Below, one piece after another: positions 27,601 to 40,473 of a stretch of 64,000 nucleotides of DNA. The notes under the pieces are model-generated. The model made no database searches and was not told where the DNA came from. It saw nothing but the letters and a program-made list of their open reading frames with translations. Made by a program: the position numbers and the translations under genes. Where the stretch lies: contig NW_021831846.1 in NCBI RefSeq assembly GCF_006345805.1, positions 164,907 through 228,906 on the forward strand. The letters are read 5' to 3'. The first letter of the stretch is position 1. The number at the start of each line of letters is the position of its first letter. This DNA comes from Octopus sinensis. Its lineage: Eukaryota.

Positions 27601-30600
27601 ACTGAATTGAATTTTGAATGGCTTGAAATTTTGTCATGTGGGAAATGATGGTGATGACTTTGGCATTAGACACTAGAATATGGGGTAGAGATGCAGCTAA
27701 TGTTAATACACCTCCCATGGATGGGATTTAAATTCAGAACTCAACCCTTTGCCTGTCCAAAGCATTTTCATAAGTTTGTGCTAAACATCCATACTTATTT
27801 TCACACTTTTTAATTATTGGTGGTTAATTTGAATTAGTTGATGGGTTGTGATCAAGTTGATAGAATTGTTAGTGCGCTGGGCCAAATGCTTAGCAGTATT
27901 TCATCTGTTTTTTTATATTCTGAGTTAAATTCTGCTGAGGTCGACTTTGCCTTTCATCCTTTTGAGGCTGATGAAACTAGTACCAGTTGAGCACCGGGAG
28001 TGGGGGGGGGGGTGTCAATGCGATTGGCTAACCTAGTGGCTACCAACCTTTTCACTACCAAGGACCCTTTTTATTTAAATGAGTTTTCCCATGGATCCCT
28101 TTTAATATGTTTATCCAACCCCATGGTTCCGGGTTCAGTCCCACTGCGTGGCATCTTGGGCAAGTGTCTTCTGCTAAAGCCCCGGGCCGACCAATGCCTT
28201 GTGAGTAGATTTGGTAGATGGAAACTGAAAGAAGCCTGTTGTATATATGTATATATATGTATGTTTGTGTGTCTGTGTTTGTCCCCCTAGCATTGCTTGA
28301 CAACCGATGCTGGTGTGTTTACGTCCCCGTCACTTAGCGGTTCGGCAAAAAGATACGGATAGAATAAGTACTGGGATTACAAAGAATAAGTCCCGGGGTC
28401 GATTTGCTCGACTAAAGGCGGTGCTCCAGCATGGTCGCAGTCAAATGACTGAAACAAGTAAAAAAAAAATATATATATATATATATATATGAAATTTTGA
28501 ATTTCACAGACTCCCAGTACTATCTTTAGTGGACCACAGGTTGGAAACCACTGGACTAACCCTTTGACCCCAAATTTAAGGCCTTGTACCTTTAATAAAA
28601 AGGAATATCTGATCAGAATGTATTGCACTCAATAAAAACATGTATCCTGTGATCTGCATAGCACATTTTAAACATTGTACACAATTTTTACTACAACTGA
28701 TGCTTGCATCACATGACACACACACACACACACACACACACGCATGCGTTTGTTTGAGAATGTGCATCACATAATACAGGTTTTTATTGTGTGATGCATC
28801 CCATGATCATATATTACTCGCCAACTAAACCAAATCTCCTTCCCATGTATCACATATGAAGCACACGCACATACATTCCCCTATTTATGTTCTTAGTAGA
28901 ATGTCTATTGTATATGCTTCGTAGATGCCAGGGAAATGCCCTGTGTATCACATGATACACTGGACAGGTTGGAAGCACTCCGTCAGTTACGACGACGAGG
29001 GTCCCGGTTGATCGAATCAACGGAACAGCCTGCTCGTGAAATTAACGTGTAAGTGGCTGAGCACTCCACAGACACGTGTACCCTTAACGTAGTTCTCGGG
29101 GATATTCAGCGTGACACAGAGAGTGACAAGGCCGGCCCCTTGAAATACAGGTACAACAGAAACAGGAAGTAAGAGTGAGAGAAAGTTGTGGTGAAAGAGT
29201 ACAGCAGGGATCACCACCATCCCTGCCGGAGCCTCGTGGAGCTTTAGGTGTTTTCGCTCAATAAACACTCACAACGCCCGGTCTGGGAATCGAAACTGCG
29301 ATACTATGACCGCGAGTCCGCTGCCCTAACCACTGGGCCATTGCGCCTCCTTACTGGACAGGTAACGGGTGAATGTCACAGGTATAATAAAACACTGCAA
29401 GGCATTTTTGCCCAGTATTTTACCAATTCTGCCATCTACTATACTTTTCCATTGTTACGTTTCTGTTGTCCTAGTGGTATATATATATTTATTGTAATTT
29501 TACATTTTTTAGACTTCAGTATCGGTGGCTTTTACACCAACATCAGTGATTAGGAAGATGCATTCAGAAAAGGCTGTGGAGAAAGAACGCCAGGCCAAGC
29601 AGGATGGATGTAGTTTAAACAGTACGTTATTTCCTTTTTACATTTATATTTTCCGAATTTTGTTCTTTGCTCTGATAGCATATCTTTATATATAAAAGAG
29701 AGGTTGTGTGCTGTCTGTCTCCTACGATTTAGATTCCTAACTACTCCCACATTTTGCGGTGCAGTTTAACCAGTATCTTGTAGTCATGATTCATATCGAG
29801 CCCTTCTGGGTATTAGCGCGCGTCTACGATGAGTCTACAATTTAAAAAAAAATTTACACTCAATTTTCCCCATTTTAATGCATTTTTGGCATATATAAGG
29901 GAAGTAACTCTCTAAAAATTTATTATTAAATCTCAGAACGTAAAAAGCTACAGTAACAATATGTGGTTAGCCATATTGAGATGGCTATTATACTTTACAT
30001 CTCTAAAAATGCTTATATAGTTATTTCCCTTACAAACCCGAGCAACGCCGGGCGATACTGCTAGTTGTTTACAAATTTACTTTACAAACCTGAATATTTG
30101 GACTTGATCATTAACCCTTTAGCATTTAAAGCAGCTATATCTGGCCCAAATATTCTTGTTTTATGCTCAAACCGGCCAAATTACCCTACAGTATCATTCT
30201 AAAAATAAACAACCTCATCATCGAAATCTCGGTGTGAATGAATGTCTTACATCTGACAGAAAAATCTGAATACTAAAGGGTTAAACGTTTGATAATGGTG
30301 TTAACTAGTTTGACAATTCAACAGTTTTTTATTGTCACCCAGTGCAGTAATGTCTGTAGACTAGTCCAGATAGCTGTGTATGAGTTCAATGAAAAGATGT
30401 GCTTTACTTAAAAGCATTTGATGCAATATGCAATTTCTAAGTATCAAGGCTTTGAAGTAGGCTGTGCAAAGGTTTAAAAAGAAAAGTAACAAAAATTCTT
30501 TATCCTTGGGAAGTCTTGAATAGACATAATGAATGTATGAATTGCTAAATCCGTTGTCTTGGGACATTTCACCCGAATTACGTTCCCCTTGACAAGTAAT

Positions 30601-33600
30601 AGGATATGTCTTGACCCTACAGCATTCAGATTGCTCTGGCAACTGTAATGTTTATTTATTCATTGTTTTGATGAAATGATTGCTTATTGTTAGCCTGACA
30701 TTGTAGGATGGGACAGATCTGGCCAATTTGAACATGAAATGAGTAAAATAGTTGGCCTGAATGCTACCAGTTAAAAATTTAAGACACAGCACATGTTGAG
30801 CCAACAAGAGTCTCTCTGAAGCTGTTCAGCTTACTAAAACTAGCAGTCAAATCTTCCTCAGATCACATACTGTCATTTTAAAGAATATACTGGACAATGT
30901 AGTCTATGAAAATGGACAGTAAGGGTGGTCATTGCTGGAGCATTTTTGATCACATCTGCTCTGTTAAGGCTAGATCCCAACACAACATGGTATCTATGAC
31001 TAAATCTGATTTTGTTTCTTCAGTTGATCTCTACTATTACCTCCTTAACCTCTTAATTTCATTAACTTTTTTTTCTCTTTTTTTAGGTTACTCAGCTCAA
31101 AAAACTCTCATGAAAAACCAAATGTACATAGACAGTGTCCTCAAAGATTCCTACAGCAACAATGTCTGTTCAGACAGCTCTCGAAGCAGTCCTCTGTCAC
31201 TCATCTGTGACAAAAAAGACATTGGTCAGGGCCCCTCAGTGAATGGCCACCCTCTGCCAAGGGGCCAGGACGGATTGCCGAACCAACAACATTCTGGACA
31301 AACACCTTTCCTCCCTCAATCACATCCCAACCTCCCAATAGACTCTAGCATCATTGGCGGCAGCCTGAACATAAGTGGCTCTTGCAATTCTTCGGCAACA
31401 CCGTCACCTTCGTCAGCCAAGTCTTCAAAACTGACCCCTCACAAGGGCCCTATGTCTACTGCTGGATGTGGTGAGATCCTTGCTGCTCAACTCTTCAACC
31501 ATGAACAACAGGTAGGAACTGTTTTACTGTCTCTTAATCCACCACAACTTTCACTGTCATCTCACTTAATCTGCCTCCAGCACCACCACTCGTATCTCTT
31601 AATCCAGCACCACCACCACCACTCGTATCTCTTAATCCAGCACCACCACCACCACCACCACATCTCTTAATCCAGCACCACCACCACCACCACTCGTATC
31701 TCTTAATCCAGCACCACTCGTATCTCTTAATCCAGCACCACTCGTATCTCTTAATCCAGCACCACCACCACTCGTATCTCTTAATCTAGCACCACTCGTA
31801 TCTCTTAATCTAGCACCAGCACCACTCGTATCTCTTAATCCAGCACCACCACCACTCGTATCTCTTAATCTACCACCACCACCACCACCACTCGTATCTC
31901 TTAATCCAGCACCACCACCACCACCACTCATATCTCTTAATCCAGCACCACCACCACTCGTATCTCTTAATCCAGCACCACCACCACTCGTATCTCTTAA
32001 TCCAGCACCACCACCACTCGTATCTCTTAATCTAGCACCACCACCACCACCACTCGTATCTCTTAATCCAGCACCACCACCACTAATCCAGCACCACCAC
32101 CACTCGTATCTCTTAATCTAGCACCACCACTCGTATCTCTTAATCCAGCACCACCACCACCACTCGTATCTCTTAATCCAGCACCACCACCACCACTCGT
32201 ATCTCATAATCCAGCACCACCACCACCACTCGTATCTCTTAATCTAGCACCACCACCACCACTCGTATCTCTTAATCCAGCACCACCACCACCACTCGTA
32301 TCTCTTAATCTAGCACCACCACCACCACCACTCGTATCTCTTAATCCAGCACCACCACCACCACTCGTATCTCTTAATCTAGCACCACCACCACTCGTAT
32401 CTCTTAATCCAGCACCACCACCACCACCACTCGTATCTCTTAATCTAGCACCACCACCACTCGTATCTCTTAATCTAGCACCACCACCACCACTCGTATC
32501 TCTTAATCCAGCACCACCACCACTCGTATCTCTTAATCCAGCACCACCACCACCACTCGTATCTCTTAATCCATCACCACCACCACCACTCGTATCTCTT
32601 AATCTAGCACCACCACCACTCGTATCTCTTAATCCAGCACCACCACCACCACTCGTATCTCTTAATCCAGCACCACCACCACCACTCGTATCTCTTAATC
32701 TAGCACCACCACCACCACCACTCGTATCTCTTAATCCAGCACCACCACCACCACTCGTATCTCTTAATCTAGCACCACCACCACTCGTATCTCTTAATCC
32801 AGCACCACCACCACTCGTATCTCTTAATCCAGCACCACCACCACTCGTATCTCTTAATCCAGCACCACCACCACTCGTATCTCTTAATCCAGCACCACCA
32901 CCACTCGTATCTCTTAATCCAGCACCACTACCACTCGTATCTCTTAATCCACCACCACTCGTATCTCTTAATCCAACACCACCACCACCACTCGTATCTC
33001 TTAATCCAGCACCACCACCACCACTCGTATCTCTTAATCCAGCACCACCACCACCACTCGTATCTCTTAATCCACCACCACCACTCGTATCTCTTAATCC
33101 ACCACCACCACTCGTATCTCTTAATCCAGCAGCACTTCCACCTTTTTTTGTTTAAATATTTTCATCTGAAGCAGTTTTTAATGAATTGGGTGAGTCAATG
33201 GTACTCTCAATATGTGAATGCAAATGAGCTGAGACAGGTGTGGGTGGGTGGGAAACTAGATGCAAGAATCAGATTTTGTATATAAGACTACACTGGTACA
33301 GGCATTTCATGCATATGCATAGAGGATGTCAATTCCATGAAGTGTTGAATACTCAAAGTAAATGGAACTTGTGGTCAAGACGATAACCTGGGAGGAAGTG
33401 GTGAAGGTTGATCTCCAGATTTTTGACCTTCATAAAAGAATTGACAAAGAACTGCAATGAGTGGTGACATGTTGAAGACTGCTCCACTTGTGCAAGCGTA
33501 GCGGTATGGATGTTGAAGTTGAGATGTATGGTATATCTACATTGGGTCCATTGCTCATTGTGTTCCATTTATCTCAATTTATTGCTCTTCTCAATCACAA

Positions 33601-34344
33601 GTTCTGAGTTGAGTCTCGTTGAATAGTGCCTTGAGCAAGTGTCTTCTACTGTAGAGCCAAGCCAACCAAGTCCTTGTCACTGGATTTCGTAGATGAAAAC
33701 TGAAAGAAACCCATTGTGTGTCCGTGCCCCCCTCCTTGTTACACAGTGTTATGGCTATAAATGAGTAAAGGTGAAGTTACCTTCTTGAGTCACGTTGACT
33801 CTTAAGGGCTGGTTTCCATGGTGTAATAGGTCTCCAGCTGGAAGTGACACTGGTCTGTCACTGAATTACTCATTTTTGCCAGCCAAGTGGACTGGAGCAG
33901 CATGAAATGAAGTATTTTGCTCAATAACACAATGCATTGTCCAGGAATTGAAACTACAATCATGAGTCCAACACCTTAACCACTGAGCCATGCACTTCCA
34001 CAAATCAGTGTCTCTGTAATACAGCTAGTGTCATTCATTCCCAGTATTCTGCGAAAACATGTCTGGCCAGGGGGGAAATATTACCTCGCTTGGAAACAAG
34101 ATAAGGGTTTGTGACAGGAATGGCACCCAGCTGTAGAAAATCTGTCTCAATAAAACTCTGAGCCATGCAATCGTGGGTCATCTATGATTGCATGATAACA
34201 ATGATGATGATGACAATGCTTTTTAAAATTTTTTTTTTTAACATGGCACCTTGGGCATGTGTCTTCTATGACCTCTGGCCGACCAAAGCCTTGTGAGTGG
34301 ATTTGGTAGACAGAAACTGAAAGAAGCCTGTCATATTCATATAT

Positions 34345-34390
<46 letters not shown>

Positions 34391-37300
34391 TTACTTGGAA
34401 GAGGATGCGTGGCGTTTCGTCATATAATAGCAAAATATTAAATAAAACATATGCATATATACATACATGCCCGTCAAGTTCAACCTTCGCATATTCGCCG
34501 TGTCAGGCCGAAAACGAAATGTTCCCAAGATAAGAAAATCTTTCTAATCTAATTCATCCCGTAATCTGTACCAGTAATATTCTCATGCAAATTTGTCTGA
34601 TCTCTAGTGGTTAAGCTGTTTATTATTATTATTATTAGTATTAGTATTATCCCTTTGATCCCCAGTCGACAATTTGTTTATTATTATTATTAGTATTAGT
34701 ATTTTCAGCTTCGCCTCGTATTGCATATTCTGTATAATTTATTAGTTATTGTTGACCATCGGTTTCCGGCCTCGTGTCTCGCTAAATACAGAATAGATAT
34801 TTAAGTTTCTCCATACAGGGGTTTTTCAATGGCGGCCGATTTTCACGGGGTTCCACTATTCCCTTCTCTCTCTCTCCCTCTTTTACGTTGTCTGTCCTCC
34901 CCCCTTCCATTGCTAAGAGCATTTTTAAGCCAGCCTGTCAAGTTCAACCTTCGCATATTCCCGGTGCACCCGCCCTTGCCCACCCCCACCACCAATACCG
35001 GATATCTCTATATTTTTGCTCCATCTATACCGGATGTCGCTTCTCCCACCACCATTATAGGTGTCTACTCTTCGAACCCCCCTCTTCAATATGCTATTTC
35101 ACCATGCATTACCCCTCTCGTGATATCCTACGTTCTACTTGTCAAGAACCTGTCATCGTTTCTCCGAACACCCCTCTCCACTGGTGCTCCCCTATATTTC
35201 TGCACCCTCCCCCCACATAAAAAGCACCATCCGAACGTGGCCGATGCCAGCACTGCCCCGACTGGCTTCTGTGCAGGTGGCACATAAAAAGCACCAACTG
35301 ACCGTGGCCGATGCCAGACCCCTCTGGCACCTGTGCAGGTGGCACGTAAAAAGCACCCACTACACTCGCGGAGTGGTTGGCGTTAGGAAGGGCATCCAGC
35401 TGTAGAAACACTGCCAGACCAGACTGGAGCCTGGGGCAGCCCCTGGCTCCCCAGACCCCGGTCGAAACCGTCCAACCCGTGCTAGCGCGGAAAACGGACG
35501 TTAAATGATGATGATGATATATGTATGTACATACGTACCTACATCTATATGTATACATACATGCATATATAGGTACAGGACACCAAAAAAAACGTCGAAC
35601 ACAATGAGAAACGTAAACATAAACACAAAACCAAGGAAACGGACATCATATATACATACATACATACACACAGAGGCATATTTGTTGAAAATGCATCTAA
35701 ATTTGAAAAACTTAATTGTTTAAGATAAATTTATTTACAAATATACCAAACTAGTTTCAGCAATATTTTTTGTTCATCAATGGTAAAAATTTAGAATTAT
35801 GAATTTTAAATTTATTTTAAACAATTACAAGTTTTTCAAATTTAGGTACATTTTCAACAAATTTGCCTATAAATTTTCCTCTTATGTGTGTGTGTGTGTG
35901 TGTGTGTGTTTACATCCCTATAACTTAGCAGTCTGGCAAAAGACCAATAGAATAAGTACTAGGCTTACAAAGAATGTTCTGGGGTCAGTTTGTTTGACTA
36001 AAGGCAGTGCTCCAGCATGGCTGACTTGAAACAAGTAAAAGTGTGAACCGGATGCTTTTTATGTTATAATAATCTTTGCAGTCTAATTAGTTTTTTTAAT
36101 CTGTATTAAATTGCTCTCATCTGGGATTTCTTCTTTGTTTCAGAATCCTAGTCCTTCTCAAACTCTACCTAGCAGTCCGTGTGACCAGTCTAAGTCACTA
36201 CGGGCACTAATGGGTCAAGGTATGATGCAGAATCTCACTTCGCAACTCCTTCAGTCTGGTATTTCAAACACAGCGACCAGTGCAGCCCAGCAACAACTCT
36301 CATCAAGCTTGGCTGGACGACCAATTGTTAAAGGTAACATTTCAATAAATTCAGTGATTCATACTTGAGAAACGGGCATTAAGAACTTCGAGTACTTACT
36401 CTTCGCTTCTATTTAGGGTTAGCTGTACCCATGATCCCTTTTACTGAGAGTCTGTGATTGGGGAAAGGTGGAAGGTATCTTTTAAACCAGAGGCCTGGAC
36501 CAAACACTTGCAACACAGGACCCAGCTAAATACATCCAAAAGCCAGGTGGTACTGTGAAATGGGGTGACAGTCTGTGATCCAGGCAGGCCATGGTTGGAT
36601 TTTGAATGCAAGGAGCTGGAACAAAAATTGCAAGGCATCTCTTCTGGCATTCTTATAGTTCTGCCAATCCAATGTCTCTTTTTTTTTTAAATATAGCTTA
36701 GGTGCGAGTGTAGCTGTGTGGTAAAACGCTTGTTTCCCAGTTATGTGGTTCTGGGATCTGACCCACCTTGGGCAAGTGTTTTTGGCTGTAACCTTGGGCT
36801 GACGAAAGCCTTGTAAATAGAGCTGGTTGACAGAAGCTGAAAGATGTCCTCTGTGTGTGTGTGCGCATATATGCATTGGTTGGATGCTTGACAAGAGCTG
36901 GTGTGTCAGAGGGTTGCACCAGCTTTGGCATGGTTTCTCCAAGTAGATGCTCTTCTTAATGCCATCTGCTTTACAAGTTATGTCTTCTACTGTGTACTGA
37001 CACTAGTGAGGTCACTAAGTAACTCATAAGACAAGACCTCCCTCCTCAACTGAGAGGGGAAAAGAATTAGAGGAGGTGGCTTCGTTCCGGGTGATGAGAG
37101 GCTAAAGTATGATTGAGGGATAAGATTGAGTGTCTTGTTGTAGGGGAGGTATGTAGCTACGCCAGTTGGGAAAGAAAGAGGATAGTGAAGGTGTCAAGAG
37201 AAGTGTTATGAGTGGGTAAATAAGTTTCTGGGAATATATAGCACAGTGGGGCAGATAGATGGGGGTAGAGGGAAATGCAATGATTAGTGAATGCATTGGA

Positions 37301-38293
37301 GGCATGATCAGTCATGAACATCATTTGGAAAGGAAGACAGGTAGTAAGTATAGGTCAGGCAGGTAGTAGTAGTAGGTGGCAGCGAAGATGTAAAGTGTGT
37401 TGAGGATGGAAAGGATGTACAATGCCAGGGACAAAGTCACAGGAAAGCGACTCAGTGCCAGTGGATATAAAAGTGTTGTGAGCAGTGTTTTACTATTGGG
37501 TAATTATAGCTACCCTGTGACTGATTTCTGATTTTCAAAGCCTGGCATTCATAATGAAATTAGTAGGTAGTCATTGAAAAAAAGAAAAAGGGTGTGGAGA
37601 AAAAAATGTTACCCAATATTCCACATGCTATTATTTATAACTTTATCTACATCAAGCTCCACCATTAAAAGTAAATTATTTCGCATTCTCTCGAAGTTTC
37701 TAAATTGTGATGTAAACATACAATTCTTGTTGGTAAGAGCGAAGCTTCTAAAATAGATAGGCTTGAAGGATTGCTTTGGTACAATGGCAGAATGTCTGTC
37801 ATATTTACAAATGTAGGACCAAGTGCCACAGGTTGTCTTTAACTTTACTATCCAAAGGGTTTTTAACCCAATATTTACACACATGGAATTCCATTGTTTA
37901 AAATGTATAAAAAAATGTTATATATGGATATTATGTATTCATGTACACATACATTGATATCTTTTTGTTTGGTAAGTAGAGATGTCTGTCTGGTTGTTTG
38001 TCTTTCTGTTAACTTGTTTTTTTATTTCATGTAATATATATGTTCATGCATGTGTATTCATACTTTTATATATATATATATATATATACTCTTTTACTTG
38101 TTTCAGTCATTTGATTGCGGCCATGCTGGAGCACCGCCTTTAGTCGAGCAACTCGACCCTGGGACTTATTCTTTGTAAGCCCAGTACTTATTGTATCGGT
38201 CTCTTTTGTCGAACTGCTAAGTGACGGGAACATAAACACACCAGCATCGGTTGTCAAGCAATGCTAGGGAGACAAACACAGACACACACAGCG

Positions 38294-38363
<70 letters not shown>

Positions 38364-39645
38364 TATACATATATACGACAGGCTTCTTTCAGTTTCCGCC
38401 TACCAAATCCACTCACAAGGCTTTGGTCGGCCCGAGGCTATAGCAGAAGGACACTTGCCCAAGGTGCCACGCAGTGGGACTGAACCCGGAACCATGTGGT
38501 CGGTAAGCAAGCTACTTACCACACAGCCACTCCTGCGCCTATATATATATATATATACACACACACACATAAAAAGCATGGAGTCTGCTCTGCAGAGTGG
38601 TTGGTGTTTGGAAGGGCATCCAGCTTTGGTAGCATAGGGTAGTTTTCTACCTGGTTGGCTCCTGTCAACTGTCCTACCCATGCATGCATGGAAGACGGAT
38701 GTTAAAGAATGACACACACATGCGGATTTACACTTTCCCTCGCTCAACACTTGTTTCCACAGTCCCATATATATATATATATATAAATACACACCCACAT
38801 GCATGAACATATACATACACACTTTTGTATGTCCTCTGGACATGTATTTTTCTGTCTATAGGACAGCCTATATATTCATGCATACAAATGTATATTTATA
38901 AATATATGTACAACTTTATCTACACAAGCACACATAACTACATGTCTGTGTGCACATGCGTGCCACGTAAAATGTACTCTCCTCTCTGTGGGTTGGTTTG
39001 TGTTAGGAAGGGCATCTAATCGTAAAAACCGTGCCAGACAGACATAAGCCTGGTGCAGTCTTCTGCCTGGCCAGCTCCACACAAACCGTCCAACCCATGC
39101 CAGCATGGAAGGTAGATGTTAAACGATGATGGTGACCTCTATGCACATTTGTAAATACATAGACATGCCAAAACCTTTATACATTTACATACATTCATAT
39201 GTATGCATATAGAAAAACAAGCCCATATGTACATGCACGTGTGCACATAACCCTTTCATGTCCGCTTCCTATGTGGCATGGGCTGGTCAGGAGTCTTTGT
39301 CAGTGTTTTATGACCAGATGTCCTTGATGACATCCTTTAGCACCACTCCTAGCACAGTGACTGAAAAAAAAAATCAAGACAAATATGGCATACATGTTTG
39401 TTCATTCCTTATAGTTTACTTGTTTGTGTTTATATATGTGCCTATGTAGCTGTTTGCTTATGTCTATATATGTGTACATCTTTCTGTTCAGTTTTGACAC
39501 TTTTTTTTCAGTTTCTTTACCCCATGAGTAGAGCCTGGAGTTCACTATACTAACCGAAGCATAGGAGGAACACGTGCTACTTGCATTAAATGTCAACATT
39601 AACATAGTTTTTGCTGTATATGACACATGATTAACTAATTTTCTA

Positions 39646-39685
<40 letters not shown>

Positions 39686-40438
39686 TGTGGATTGTCATTA
39701 TTGACAAGTCTTTGCATTAGATTAATTATCCATCCAGCTACTTTGAATATATAAACTTTTAGCATTTAAATCAGTCAGGTATGGCCTCTCACACATATTC
39801 TCTACTGTCATTCTTAAAATATACAATCACGTCATTAAAATTTAAAAGCAATGCATGGTTATACTGTTTTGTATTTTAGAGATGAGGAATTATGTACAAT
39901 ATTTACATGGAGCGGATAGGTGTCCTCACCTTTTTATCACAATGTTTCGGCTGATGTACTCTCCAGGCTTCATCAGGGTTGGGTTTGAAATTCCACCAGA
40001 ACATTTGATGAAGAAGGCTGGAGAGTACATCAGCCGAAATGTTGTGAGGGCACATATTCATCCAATGCATGGTTAATTCCAAACAATGTGAATAAGCATT
40101 ACATTTAAGAGGAATCTTGATGCTAATGGGTTTAAACAAAGGTTTATAATATATGGAGTACCACTGATTGGTCTTGACACAAGGGGTTTCCCCATTGCCT
40201 TATCCAAAACAGTAGACTTGAACTCAATACCACAAGCCAAGGAAATATTTAATTTTGCACCAACACTGCTTCTTTGATGGTCGATTGTCTGTGCTGCTGG
40301 GACTTTGGATAAAATGCACTGCTATATTTCCCTCCCCAGATCTTTGTTTTTTAAAGGATTAAAAGCAAGATTGATAAGAGTGAGATTTGAACACAGCACA
40401 AAGAGCACCAGCTCAGCGCTAATGCAGCCTTCTCCCCC

Positions 40439-40473
<35 letters not shown>

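Noticed and set aside
31567-33133. CRISPR-like array
   Set aside because: Spacers are only (CAC)n rather than unique sequences; eukaryotic intron; no cas genes.
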